Of a stretch of DNA of 64,000 bases, positions 30,225 to 40,108 are shown piece by piece. The stretch is taken from positions 174,116 to 238,115 of the forward strand of contig CAKTEE010000001.1 in NCBI GenBank assembly GCA_934546985.1, given 5' to 3'. The stretch comes from an uncultured Eubacteriales bacterium (lineage in GTDB: Bacteria > Bacillota > Clostridia > Oscillospirales > Acutalibacteraceae). The translations under genes and the position numbers were made by a program. The notes below the pieces were generated by a model. It worked only from the letters and a program-made list of their open reading frames with translations, was not told where the DNA came from and did no database searches. Positions within the stretch are counted from its first letter, which is position 1; each line of letters starts with the position of its first letter.

Positions 30225-30572
30225 ATATAGGCGAAAATAGAAGAAAAAATTAGACTGAGTGCGTGTGGAAGAGTAAAATTCATTTGAACCCAGAATTTGG
30301 CGAAAATCTGAAAGAATCGATATAGAACAGATGTTGAGGTTCTAATGAACTTATAATATAATCTAATTATCATCAAAGGGGTTCTTTGGTTGTATACAAA
30401 GTGCGTTAAGAGTGAGGAGAATAACAATATTTCGCCAATGCCTCTTTGATGATGCATCTGCGCAGTGGCATGTGCGGTAAAGTTAATCCATTGCGCAGTT
30501 TATTCGGGTTTGAAACAACAGTTTTTTTGCTGTTTCAAATAGATATAAGGCAGAAAGGAAGGAGTGAGAAAT

Positions 30573-31268
30573 ATGGGTTGGTTCACTGCATGGTGGGAAG
30601 GATTATCGGTATTGCAGCAGATTTTTGCCTGTGCTGCAATACCTGCGACCATTTTGTTAGTACTGCAAACGCTTTTGCTGTTGTTTGGTCTGGGCGGACA
30701 TAGTGCAGATCAGGGAGAAACGATTGACCACTCTGCTTTAGTCGGGCACGATGCTGATGGAGATGTGGAGGCAGACCACGAATGGGATACCGCAGACTAT
30801 GACCATGACGGAGCGCATCACGGTGCCGGAATACGTCTGTTTACGGTTAGAGGATTAGTGGCATTCTTCGCAGTTGGCGGCTGGCTGGGGATTGTACTGG
30901 AAGATGCGCAGATTCATACAGCGTTAACGGTTGCCGTTGCACTTGCCGGAGGTTTTGCGGCGCTTGTCTTTGTGGCACTGATTATTAAATGGTCGCTGAG
31001 TTTGCAGGAGAACGGAACCCTATCTCTGGAAAATACCATAGGGCGGCAGGCAAGCGTTTATATTACCATACCGCCGGATTTATCCGGCACAGGTAAAGTG
31101 ATGCTAACCGTTCAGGATCAGCTCAGAGAGCTGGAAGCTATGACGGAAAGCCATAAACCGTTAGCTACCGGTTCTCAGGTTAAGGTTACCGGCATCATAC
31201 AGGGTGGTATTTTACAGGTTCAGCCATTGGTTCTTTTTGAAAAAGAGAAAATTGACAGTTATACATAA
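30573..31268 (+). CDS. NfeD-family membrane protein (YuaF-like, partner of flotillin) with a His/Asp-rich insert
   Basis: TM helices plus a C-terminal OB-fold-like domain. Unusual HSADQGETIDHSALVGHDADGDVEADHEWDTADYDHDGAHHGAG segment. SD AAGGAGTGAG. Confidence 0.7.
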   Translation: MGWFTAWWEGLSVLQQIFACAAIPATILLVLQTLLLLFGLGGHSADQGETIDHSALVGHDADGDVEADHEWDTADYDHDGAHHGAGIRLFTVRGLVAFFAVGGWLGIVLEDAQIHTALTVAVALAGGFAALVFVALIIKWSLSLQENGTLSLENTIGRQASVYITIPPDLSGTGKVMLTVQDQLRELEAMTESHKPLATGSQVKVTGIIQGGILQVQPLVLFEKEKIDSYT

Positions 31269-31283
31269 GAGGAGGAAAAAGAA

Positions 31284-32717
31284 ATGCCCCAAAATGTACT
31301 TATTTTAGCAATTGTAATAGCAGTGCTGCTGTTTTCCATGGTATTGGTTGTTTTGACCCGTTACCGCAGATGCCCTTCCGATAAAGTCATGGTCATTTAT
31401 GGTAAGGTTGGTACAAACAGTGACGGCAGCGCCCGTTCATCCAAATGTATTCATGGCGGCGCGGCGTTTGTGTGGCCCGTTGTTCAATCTTATCAGTATT
31501 TGGATTTGACCCCAATGTCTATTAATGTGGACTTGGTAAATGCGTTGTCCCACCAAAATATCCGTGTAGATGTTCCATCGCGTTTCACTGTTGGTATTTC
31601 AACAGAACCGGGCGTTATGCAGAATGCTGCCGAACGTTTGCTGGGAATGAAAATGATTGAAATTCAGGAACTTGCAAAGGATATTATTTTTGGTCAGCTT
31701 CGTCTGGTTATCGCTACTATGGATATTGAGGAGATTAATACAGACAGAGATAAGTTTTTGGAAGCCGTTAGCCATAATGTGGAAACGGAACTGAAAAAAA
31801 TCGGTCTGCGTTTGATAAACGTTAACCTCACCGATATTACGGATGAATCCGGTTATATTGAAGCGCTTGGTAAAGAAGCGGCTGCAAAAGCGATTAATGA
31901 CGCTAAAAAATCTGTTGCTGAAAAGAACCGTGATGGTTCCGTTGGTGAAGCACAGGCGGTAAAAGATCAGCGTATCAGTGTTGCACAGGCAAATGCTTCT
32001 GCAATTGCGGGAGAAAATGAATCTCAGGCGGCTGTTGCGTTGTCGGATGCAATCCGCAGAGAAAAAGAAGCGGAGGCTCACCGTAGGGCAGTAGCAGCTG
32101 AAAAGGTTGCACAGGCAAAAGCATTGGAAGAAGCCTATGCCGCTGAACAAAGTGCGGAAGACGCACGTGCTGCAAAAGAAATGGCAACCCGTCAGGCTGA
32201 CGTTATTATTGATGCAAAAGTAGAAAAAGAGCGTAAGGAATTGGAAGCAGAAGCGGAGGCAGAGCAAATCCGCCGCAGGGCCAGAGGTGAGGCTGATGCT
32301 ATTTTTGCAAGGCAGGAAGCGCAGGCACGCGGTATTGAAGAAATTCTCAGCAAACAGGCAGAAGGTTTTTCACGAATTGTAAACGCTGCCGGTGGCAATG
32401 TGGATGCGGCAATTCAGCTTATGCTGGTAGATAAAATGGAAGCTTTGATGCAGATTCAGGTAGAAGCTGTGAAGAACCTGAATATTGATAAAATTACCGT
32501 TTGGGATTCTATGAATGGTAAAGACGGTACGCCGACAACAGCGAATTTCCTTTCCGGGATGATGAAATCTATCCCTCCATTAAGTGAAACTTTTAAAATG
32601 GCTGGGGTTAAGATTCCCGAGTTTCTTGGCACAGAGATTGAAACGGATGATTTGACTGTTTCAAAAGCAGAAACGCCGGAAAATGAAACGGCAAAAGACA
32701 CAGCAACAGAAAATTAA
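31284..32717 (+). CDS. floT: Flotillin-like SPFH protein (FloT/YuaG type)
   Basis: N-terminal TM, SPFH/Band-7 core, then a long EA-rich coiled coil (AEAEAEQIRRRARGEADA). SD GAGGAGG. Confidence 0.85.
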   Translation: MPQNVLILAIVIAVLLFSMVLVVLTRYRRCPSDKVMVIYGKVGTNSDGSARSSKCIHGGAAFVWPVVQSYQYLDLTPMSINVDLVNALSHQNIRVDVPSRFTVGISTEPGVMQNAAERLLGMKMIEIQELAKDIIFGQLRLVIATMDIEEINTDRDKFLEAVSHNVETELKKIGLRLINVNLTDITDESGYIEALGKEAAAKAINDAKKSVAEKNRDGSVGEAQAVKDQRISVAQANASAIAGENESQAAVALSDAIRREKEAEAHRRAVAAEKVAQAKALEEAYAAEQSAEDARAAKEMATRQADVIIDAKVEKERKELEAEAEAEQIRRRARGEADAIFARQEAQARGIEEILSKQAEGFSRIVNAAGGNVDAAIQLMLVDKMEALMQIQVEAVKNLNIDKITVWDSMNGKDGTPTTANFLSGMMKSIPPLSETFKMAGVKIPEFLGTEIETDDLTVSKAETPENETAKDTATEN

Positions 32718-33125
32718 AATCACGGCCACTCGCTGTAAACGGGTGGCTTTAATTTTAATTAAAATTTTTATTCAGAAGAATAAACTCTGAACAAAGCCTT
32801 TTCTGATGGTTAACACTATGTTCCGTTCTACTATCCGTATAATAAATTGCAAATAACTAACATTATTTTATATATTAATAAACTTTTTGGAGTTATGGAT
32901 TTTATTGTTTTTTGATGCAATAAGGGTATAATTTGCAGTATGCTGAACAAGAATAATGCAGAAAAAACAGAGTTGCTATACATGTAAAAGAGAAAAGATA
33001 AATTTGCGGTTATTAACATAAAATATGAAGAAATATATGATAGTGCTGTAAATCTTTTATAAATATATTGAAAAAAAAAACAAAAAACGTTATACTAAAA
33101 CAAGATTATATTAGGAGGGATTTGC

Positions 33126-35213
33126 ATGAGTCTCACATTATTGGCACCCATTGGTTCTGCGCTTGCGCTAGTGTTTGCGCTGTTTCTGGCACGGCGGGTA
33201 CTCAAAACAGATGAAGGTACCGATTTAATGAAAAAAATTTCCGGTGCTGTTCGCAAAGGTGCAAATGCATATCTGAAACGGCAGTATCTCGGTGTACTTT
33301 CATTCTTTGCAGTAGTTTTTGTGGTTTTGTTAATTCTTGCATTTTTGGGACATCTCACAATGTTTGTTCCATTTGCCTTCCTGACCGGCGGATTTTTCTC
33401 CGGTTTGTCCGGGTTTATCGGAATGAAAATTGCGACGGCGGCAAACGGAAGAACAGCGAATGCATCTAGAACCAGTTTGAATTCAGGTTTGCGGGTTGCG
33501 TTTTCTGCGGGTGCGGTTATGGGCTTTGTTGTGGTTGGCCTTGGCCTTTTGGATATTTCCTTCTGGTATTACTTGTTAAAATTTGTGTTCCGAGAATTAC
33601 CGGCGGACCAGCAGGTTCAGCAAATTACCTCTGCTATGCTGACGTTTGGTATGGGCGCATCTTCTATGGCATTGTTTGCGCGAGTTGGCGGCGGTATTTT
33701 TACAAAAGCGGCGGATGTCGGTGCAGATTTAGTTGGTAAAGTTGAAGTTGGCATTCCTGAAGATGACCCGCGCAACCCAGCGGTTATTGCAGACAATGTT
33801 GGCGATAATGTTGGCGATGTTGCAGGCATGGGTGCGGATTTATATGAATCCTATGTTGGTTCCATTATTTCTACAGGCGCGCTGGCAGTTGCGGCAGGGC
33901 TTGGTTTTAACGGTGTTACTGTACCGATGGTTCTTGCGGCAATCGGTATTCTTGCTTCCATTATTGGTTCTTTCTTTGTGAAAACCAAAGAAGGCGCGTC
34001 TCAGAAAAATCTTTTGACGGCTCTTCGCCGCGGCGTATGGCTCAGTGCAGGTTTGATTGCTGTTGCCGCTTATCCTTTGATTCATTTTGTTCTCGGACAG
34101 GAGTATATGGGTCTGTATTTTGCAGTATTATCCGGTTTGGTTGCCGGTATTCTTATTGGTGTGGTTACAGAGTACTTTACGTCGGATACCTATAAACCGA
34201 CGAAGAAGCTTTCCAATACTTCGGAGACAGGTCCTGCTACGATTATCATCGGCGGTTTATCGCTGGGTATGAAATCTACAGTATTTCCCGTGCTGATTGT
34301 CGCAGTGTCTGTTCTGGTCAGTTATTTTGTATCCGGCGGCGGTCAGGCTTATGATATGGGCTTGTATGGAATCGGCCTTTCTGCAGTTGGTATGCTTTCC
34401 ACCCTTGGTATTACCCTTGCAACAGATGCTTATGGTCCTGTAGCGGATAATGCCGGCGGCATTGCGGAAATGGCGCATTTAGGCGAAGATGTACGTAAAC
34501 GTACGGATGCTTTGGATTCCCTTGGTAATACTACTGCCGCAACAGGCAAAGGGTTTGCGATTGGTTCTGCCGCGCTGACTGCGCTTGCGCTGATTGCGTC
34601 TTATATTGCTGAAATCAAGGTGATTAAGCCTGATTTTGATTTTAATCTAAATGTAACCAATCCATCTGTTTTAATTGGATTATTTATCGGCGGTGTTCTG
34701 CCATTCCTTTTTGCGGCGCTCACCATGGAATCTGTTGGTAAAGTTGCGCAAAGTATAGTTGTAGAAGTTCGCCGCCAGTTCCGTGAAATTAAAGGATTAA
34801 TGACCGGAAAAGCAGAACCGGATTATGCGAAATGTGTTGATATTTGCACACGTTCTGCACAGCGTGAAATGATGCTGCCGGCAATTTTGGCGGTCATTGC
34901 CCCGATTGTTGTTGGTCTGGTTTTGGGCGTAAACGGCGTTGTAGGTATGCTTGCAGGCGCGACAGTTACTGGTTTTATTCTTGCTGTTATGATGGCGAAT
35001 TCCGGCGGTGCGTGGGATAACGCCAAAAAGTATATTGAAAGCGGCGCGCACGGCGGCAAGGGCAGTGATGCTCATAAGGCAGCGGTTGTTGGCGATACTG
35101 TAGGCGACCCATTCAAAGATACCTCCGGTCCGGCAATCAATATTCTGATTAAATTGCTTTCTATGGTTTCTATTGTGTTTGCAAGTGTTGTTGTATCATA
35201 TTCTATTTTCTAA
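33126..35213 (+). CDS. hppA: Membrane-bound H+/Na+-translocating pyrophosphatase
   Basis: 695 aa polytopic protein. Motifs [28 protein letters not shown] and [14 protein letters not shown]. Confidence 0.9.
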   Translation: MSLTLLAPIGSALALVFALFLARRVLKTDEGTDLMKKISGAVRKGANAYLKRQYLGVLSFFAVVFVVLLILAFLGHLTMFVPFAFLTGGFFSGLSGFIGMKIATAANGRTANASRTSLNSGLRVAFSAGAVMGFVVVGLGLLDISFWYYLLKFVFRELPADQQVQQITSAMLTFGMGASSMALFARVGGGIFTKAADVGADLVGKVEVGIPEDDPRNPAVIADNVGDNVGDVAGMGADLYESYVGSIISTGALAVAAGLGFNGVTVPMVLAAIGILASIIGSFFVKTKEGASQKNLLTALRRGVWLSAGLIAVAAYPLIHFVLGQEYMGLYFAVLSGLVAGILIGVVTEYFTSDTYKPTKKLSNTSETGPATIIIGGLSLGMKSTVFPVLIVAVSVLVSYFVSGGGQAYDMGLYGIGLSAVGMLSTLGITLATDAYGPVADNAGGIAEMAHLGEDVRKRTDALDSLGNTTAATGKGFAIGSAALTALALIASYIAEIKVIKPDFDFNLNVTNPSVLIGLFIGGVLPFLFAALTMESVGKVAQSIVVEVRRQFREIKGLMTGKAEPDYAKCVDICTRSAQREMMLPAILAVIAPIVVGLVLGVNGVVGMLAGATVTGFILAVMMANSGGAWDNAKKYIESGAHGGKGSDAHKAAVVGDTVGDPFKDTSGPAINILIKLLSMVSIVFASVVVSYSIF

Positions 35214-35229
35214 TATATCATGATCAAGG

Positions 35230-35263
35230 GAAAGGGCGGTTCCGTATGGAACCGCCCTTTTTT
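35230..35263. terminator. Bidirectional terminator between hppA (+) and copZ (-)
   Basis: AAGGGCGGTTCC-gtatg-GAACCGCCCTTTTTT. Confidence 0.8.
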
Positions 35264-35632
35264 GCAGCTTTAGAGAAGTGGAGCCGCTTTTTCTGGTATG
35301 AATAAAAGTTTTAGCTTTCAGAATGGGACGGAGCGAATGACAATAATTTCAGCGTTTAGATAGAATGAAAAGCGATGGGGATGGGACATAACTGCTTTAG
35401 CAATTTCAGTATATATAATGAAATTGACAGTTTTTCAATACCTTTTGAGAGGCGAGCTGGTGTTATGCTTTTCTATGGATGCCACAAGCCACCGGGTTTA
35501 AATTGACTAATACTTTACAAAAAGAACGTTAACATTAGGCTTGACATTAAAAACCACCCACTATGTGAACCTATCAGATGGAAGTTCATTTAACAGTTGG
35601 TTTTCATTGTATATTTTTTATACCATGTCATG

Positions 35633-35842
35633 TTACTTTATTTGTTTTACATCATAGCCAATGTCTTCAATGGTATTTTTCAAGGTTTCGTTGCTGAGTG
35701 CTGAAGTGCTTTCCAGAACAGCAGTTTTTTTCTCTAAATCTACAGTAACAGCAGTGATTCCATCTAATTCTTCCAGCGCTTTTTTTACTCGCGCAGAGCA
35801 ATGCCCGCAGCTCATACCTTCGATAATCATTGTTTTTGTCAT
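35633..35842 (-). CDS. copZ: Copper chaperone CopZ (HMA domain)
   Basis: 69 aa with GMSCGHC metal-binding motif. Confidence 0.85.
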   Translation of the reverse strand: MTKTMIIEGMSCGHCSARVKKALEELDGITAVTVDLEKKTAVLESTSALSNETLKNTIEDIGYDVKQIK

Positions 35843-35861
35843 GATAAAATCTCCTTTATTT

Positions 35862-38318
35862 TTAGTTTTGATAAGGTTTAAAGTTTTTTAAACGCAATGC
35901 GTTTCCAACTACTGTAACAGAACTCAATGACATGGCAAGCGCTGCCAGCATGGGGCTGAGTAAAGGACCTCCGAATGCGTACAGAAGACCGGCGGCAACG
36001 GGAATGCCTAAAACATTGTAAGCAAAAGCCCAGAACAGGTTTTGCCGGATATTGCGGATGGTTTTGCGGCTCAGGTTAATGGCATTTGCAACATCTATCA
36101 GGTCATCATGAATCAATACAATATCTGCAGATTCAATGGCAACGTCAGCGCCCGTCCCAATAGCGATACCTGTATCCGCCAAAGTCAGAGCAGGGGCGTC
36201 GTTAATTCCATCGCCAACCATTGCAGTTTTCTTTCCGGATTGTTGTATTTTTTTTATTTCATCTGCTTTTTCATCAGGCAGAACATTGGATATTACGTGG
36301 TCAATCTGTACTTCGTTTGCAATAGCTTGTGCAGTAACGGCATTGTCGCCGGTCAACATTACAACTTCAATATTCATGTCGTGCAGACGGCGGATTGCCT
36401 CTTTACTGCTTTCTCTTACAACATCGGCAACAGCAATAATGCCGGCCATTTTTTCATCTAAAGCAAGGTAAACAGGCGTTTTTCCCTGTTGGCTGAGCTG
36501 ATTAAATTTTTCTTTCCATGTTTCCAGAGAAATACTGTGTTCCCGCATAAGCTTCTCATTGCCAAGCAGAATTTTTTTGCCTTGAACTTGCGCTTGAATG
36601 CCAAGACCGGGAAACGCTTCAAACGGAACGTCAATAGGATAGTCCAATGCAAGTTTTTTACATTGGTTTACAATGGCCTCACCGAGAGGATGTTCGCTTG
36701 CGCTTTCTGCAGCGGCGGCAATACGGAGCAAATCGTTTTCCTGTAAATCCGCACGGCAAAGGATATCTGTCACCTCAGGCTGGCCTTTGGTTATAGTTCC
36801 TGTTTTATCCAAAACTACGACCTGTGTGCTATGGGCGGTTTCCAAAGCCTCGCCGCTTTTTATGAGTACACCCATTTCAGCGCCGCGTCCGGTGCCAACC
36901 ATAATTGCCATTGGGGTTGCAAGACCCAGTGCACAGGGGCATGCTATGACAAGAACGGCAATAAATACAGAAAGAACAAAGGCGATGCTGTGGCCTGCAA
37001 TAAACCATATAATAGCCGCAAGCAAAGCAATGCCAAGAACTGCCGGTACAAAATAACCGGCAATTACATCAGCAAGGCGCGCGATGGGCGCCTTGCTTCC
37101 TTGTGCGTCTTCCACAAGGGTGATAATCTTGCCAAGGGTTGTTTCTGTGCCCACTTTTGTTGCACGGAAACGAATCGAGCCGTTTTTATTCATGCTTCCT
37201 GCATAAACTTTATCGTTTTCATGTTTTTCAATGGGAATGCTTTCTCCCGTCAGCATAGATTCATCAATGCTGGTGTAGCCTGATAAGACGACTCCATCTG
37301 TAGGGATAGACATACCGGGACGTACAACAAGAATATCGCCGGCTTCGACTTCTTTCAGGGAAATTTCATGAATTTCTCCGTTTTCCTCAATCAGCGCTTT
37401 TTTTGGTACAAGCTCCAGCAATTTGAAAATTGCCGCAGAAGCGCGTCCTTTACTGCGTGCTTCCATTGTTTTGCCGAGAAGGATTAGAGCAATAATAACG
37501 CCGGCGGATTCAAAATAAAGCGAATGGACAGCCATATGGTTTCCGGAAAAAACGGCAATCATGGAAGCAACGCTGTAAATAAAAGCGGCTCCGGTGCCAA
37601 CCGCAACCAAGGTATCCATATTAGGGCTGAGATGTACTGCGGATTTCACACCATTGATGTAGAATTTACTGCCGCATATCATAATAGGAATCACAAGAAT
37701 CATTTGCAGCAGTGCATACAGTGCGGGATGATAATCCGGCGAAATTGCATTTGGCAGAGGCAGTCCAACCATATGGCCCATAGAAATATAAAACAGGGGG
37801 ATTGCAAATAAAACAGCAAAGATTGTTTTATTCTTTTGTTTTTTATATGCTTGCTGTTTTTGAATGCGGGCTTGCTCATAATCGTCCGTTGTTTCTGAAA
37901 CGGATGCATGAAAGCCTGCCTTTTCAATTCGTTCTCTAATATCACGCAACTTTACCATACCAGGAGTATATTTGATTTTTGCCGTATTGGTTGCTAAATT
38001 TACAGAAACTTCTTCTACGCCTTCCAGCTTTGAAACTGCCCGTTCTACTGCGGCGGCGCAGGAAGCACAGGTCATACCTTCAATCTGTAAAGTTATATTA
38101 TCTGTTCCCATTAACTGTGCACCATAGCCAAGTTTTTCTACAGTGCTGATAATTGTATCCTCCTGAACCTGTGATTCATCAAAAGAAACGGTCAGACGGT
38201 TCATTGGGAGGTTTACATTTGACAGGGAAACGCCGGGCAGTCTTGCTATCCCGCGTTCAATAGCGGCAGAGCAGGCGGCACAGCTCATGCCGGTGATGCT
38301 GAAGCTTAGCTTTTTCAT
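35862..38318 (-). CDS. copA: Copper-translocating P1B-type ATPase CopA
   Basis: Two N-terminal HMA domains (GMSCAACS, GMTCASCA). CPC motif (ACPCALGLATP). DKTGTIT phosphorylation site. GDGINDAP. Confidence 0.9.
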   Translation of the reverse strand: MKKLSFSITGMSCAACSAAIERGIARLPGVSLSNVNLPMNRLTVSFDESQVQEDTIISTVEKLGYGAQLMGTDNITLQIEGMTCASCAAAVERAVSKLEGVEEVSVNLATNTAKIKYTPGMVKLRDIRERIEKAGFHASVSETTDDYEQARIQKQQAYKKQKNKTIFAVLFAIPLFYISMGHMVGLPLPNAISPDYHPALYALLQMILVIPIMICGSKFYINGVKSAVHLSPNMDTLVAVGTGAAFIYSVASMIAVFSGNHMAVHSLYFESAGVIIALILLGKTMEARSKGRASAAIFKLLELVPKKALIEENGEIHEISLKEVEAGDILVVRPGMSIPTDGVVLSGYTSIDESMLTGESIPIEKHENDKVYAGSMNKNGSIRFRATKVGTETTLGKIITLVEDAQGSKAPIARLADVIAGYFVPAVLGIALLAAIIWFIAGHSIAFVLSVFIAVLVIACPCALGLATPMAIMVGTGRGAEMGVLIKSGEALETAHSTQVVVLDKTGTITKGQPEVTDILCRADLQENDLLRIAAAAESASEHPLGEAIVNQCKKLALDYPIDVPFEAFPGLGIQAQVQGKKILLGNEKLMREHSISLETWKEKFNQLSQQGKTPVYLALDEKMAGIIAVADVVRESSKEAIRRLHDMNIEVVMLTGDNAVTAQAIANEVQIDHVISNVLPDEKADEIKKIQQSGKKTAMVGDGINDAPALTLADTGIAIGTGADVAIESADIVLIHDDLIDVANAINLSRKTIRNIRQNLFWAFAYNVLGIPVAAGLLYAFGGPLLSPMLAALAMSLSSVTVVGNALRLKNFKPYQN

Positions 38319-38332
38319 GTCGCACCTCCTAA

Positions 38333-38349
38333 ATACCCTACTGGGGTAT
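38333..38349. promoter_or_regulatory. CsoR-type operator between the copA promoter and its SD
   Basis: Perfect GC-rich inverted repeat ATACCC-TACTG-GGGTAT. On the minus strand it reads AATACCCCAGTAGGGTATTT, placed between the TTGACT-17-TACAAT promoter and the AGGAGG SD. Confidence 0.6.
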
Positions 38350-38471
38350 TTCTTGCTTTTATTGTATTACTACTATTCCCAAAAGTCAAGCGGAAATAAA
38401 GATAATCAGCTTGAATTCATCATAGATTGGCCCTATACTATTAATATCATGTTTGATTTTGGAGGTTTTTG

Positions 38472-39092
38472 ATGGAAAAGATAAGCCCTGGAAAAAAAAT
38501 CAAACAACTGCGTATAAATGCGGGGATGACGCAGAAGCAGTTGGCGGCATTATTGGATAAAAGTGAAAGTGCTGTAAGAATGTGGGAACTTGACAGAAAC
38601 GAGCCGGATATTTCAGTATTACTGATGCTGAGTAAAATATTTGAGTGCAGTGTCGATTTTTTGATAGGAAATGAATGTTCAGCGGGCAATGGATATATGC
38701 GCTCGGGGATTCCCTATTTTACAGGCTATCATGCCGCAATCAGCGAGGATAAAGCGGAAGGCATCCTCTTTTTATCGAAAAATTCAATGTACAGTAATTC
38801 CCGATATTTGGGTTTAATAATGCCGGATTCTTCTATGGAACCTTTGTTTCATCCAAAGGAACTGGTAATTGTTCAGCGTCAGGATGCCTGCTTTAACGGC
38901 CAGCATGCGGCAGTCATGGTGTCTGAGAAAGATGCAGTTATCAGAAGATTGCGTTTTCAGGGGGACGGCATTCTTCTCCAGCCTGAAAATGCGCAGTATC
39001 CGGCGGTTTTCTATTCAGCACAGGAAATTGAAAAGCTTCCAGTTACTATCCTTGGCATTGCTGTATGTTCAGTAAAAGAAGTTCCATATTAA
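38472..39092 (+). CDS. XRE-family HTH / peptidase S24 (LexA/cI-like) repressor
   Basis: HTH (IKQLRINAGMTQKQLAALLDKSESAVRMWE). C-terminal S24 fold with SMEP Ser motif and IRRLRF. Promoter TTGAAT-17-TATACT and SD GGAGG. Confidence 0.8.
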   Translation: MEKISPGKKIKQLRINAGMTQKQLAALLDKSESAVRMWELDRNEPDISVLLMLSKIFECSVDFLIGNECSAGNGYMRSGIPYFTGYHAAISEDKAEGILFLSKNSMYSNSRYLGLIMPDSSMEPLFHPKELVIVQRQDACFNGQHAAVMVSEKDAVIRRLRFQGDGILLQPENAQYPAVFYSAQEIEKLPVTILGIAVCSVKEVPY

Positions 39093-39128
39093 AAATAAAG
39101 GAGCAGGTAAAAATTTTTACAAGGCTGT

Positions 39129-39407
39129 TTGCAGAGATTGCCATACTTTCATTTGCTGTTATATTGCTATTTGTGTCATAGCGCTTGTTATATGCTGAAC
39201 TTGATTGAATACCATACTGCATATTTCAGTGCGCTTACTTATGTAGATTCTATCGAAGCTCTGCCTTTTTTACTTGTTCCTATTGCTACAGTGCTTTTGA
39301 CTTTTTTCTGTTATCGGAAAAGTAAGCGGAAAAGAAATGGCAGAATATTAAAAGTTAATAACACAACATCAAAATGCAACAAGAATACAATCGTATTTAG
39401 GGTATAA
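39129..39407 (+). CDS. Possible small single-TM protein with a KR-rich tail; coding status uncertain
   Basis: ORF-track prediction. One hydrophobic helix (ALPFLLVPIATVLLTFFCY) then RKSKRKRNGR. AT-rich sequence with a weak SD. Confidence 0.25.
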   Translation: MQRLPYFHLLLYCYLCHSACYMLNLIEYHTAYFSALTYVDSIEALPFLLVPIATVLLTFFCYRKSKRKRNGRILKVNNTTSKCNKNTIVFRV

Positions 39408-39435
39408 TAACAGCATGGAAAGAAGGCTGAAATAC

Positions 39436-39537
39436 TATGATGCTGTTATATATCGTTCTGTGTCTTTTACTGCTTGCAGGCATTCCGGTATTGTTCCTGC
39501 TTTGTGTTGAAAGGTTAGTGGAAAATAACCAAAAGTA
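39436..39537 (+). CDS. Candidate 33-aa hydrophobic micropeptide (MMLLYIVLCLLLLAGIPVLFLLCVERLVENNQK)
   Basis: Absent from the ORF track because it is under 60 aa. GAAGG lies 10 nt upstream. Its stop is embedded in an 11-bp-stem hairpin (ATAACCAAAAG/CTTTTGGTTAT). Confidence 0.25.
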
Positions 39538-39559
39538 GGGGGTCTCCTTTTGGTTATGG

Positions 39560-39588
39560 TTGACATGCAGATTTGACTATGTTATAGT
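39560..39588 (+). promoter_or_regulatory. Sigma-A-type promoter (TTGACA-17-TATAGT) for the DUF4430/ECF-S operon
   Basis: Consensus -35 with exact 17-nt spacing and a near-consensus -10. Confidence 0.5.
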
Positions 39589-39616
39589 AATAAAAATGCG
39601 CGGAAACCGCCGAAAA

Positions 39617-39657
39617 TCGGCTTACGGAAACAGATTTTCCGGTGAGCCGTATTTTTG
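39617..39657 (+). terminator. Leader intrinsic terminator/attenuator upstream of the DUF4430 gene
   Basis: CGGCTTACGGAAACAGATTTTCCGGTGAGCCG hairpin plus TATTTTTGTG. An upstream CGGAAAC repeat could pair alternatively with TTTCCG as an antiterminator. Confidence 0.5.
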
Positions 39658-39697
39658 TGTAAATTTCTGCAAGAAAAGATAAGGAAGGATATAGAAC

Positions 39698-40108
39698 ATG
39701 CAAAAAGAAAAGACAATCACAAAACAAAAATGGCTGATTGGCGGATGTACTTTATTGATAGTGCTGATTGCCGTATTTGCATTCCTCTACATGAACAACA
39801 AGCCTGAGACTGTACAGGGAGCAAAAACGATTGCTGTTGAAATTGTTAAGCCGGACAGCAGCCGCACGGTTGAAATTAACACAGATGCAGAGTACCTTAG
39901 GGGTGCGCTGGAAGAAAAAAAGCTGATTCAAGGTGAAGAAGCGCAATATGGCCTGTTTGTAAAAACTGTTGACGGTTTGACTGTAGATGATAGCAAGCAG
40001 GAGTGGTGGTGCTTTACAAAATCGGGTCAGGCTATCAATACCGGTGTAGATACTACTCCAATAGAGGATGGGGACAAGTTTGAAATTACCCTTAAAACAG
40101 GATATTAA
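39698..40108 (+). CDS. DUF4430-like membrane-anchored extracytoplasmic protein
   Basis: N-terminal TM anchor then a roughly 100-aa domain (EIVKPDSSRTVEINTDAEYLRGALEEKKLIQGE...WWCFTKSGQAINTG), by eye DUF4430-like. SD AAGGAAGGA. Confidence 0.55.
   Translation: MQKEKTITKQKWLIGGCTLLIVLIAVFAFLYMNNKPETVQGAKTIAVEIVKPDSSRTVEINTDAEYLRGALEEKKLIQGEEAQYGLFVKTVDGLTVDDSKQEWWCFTKSGQAINTGVDTTPIEDGDKFEITLKTGY

Noticed and set aside
30179-30457. 92-aa minus-strand ORF between cysS and nfeD
   Set aside because: It is an AT-rich intergenic ORF with no SD and an implausible composition. The region is better explained by the cysS terminator and the nfeD promoter.
31599-32267. 222-aa minus-strand ORF inside the flotillin gene
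   Set aside because: It is antisense to the EA-rich coiled-coil region. Low-complexity shadow ORFs are expected there.
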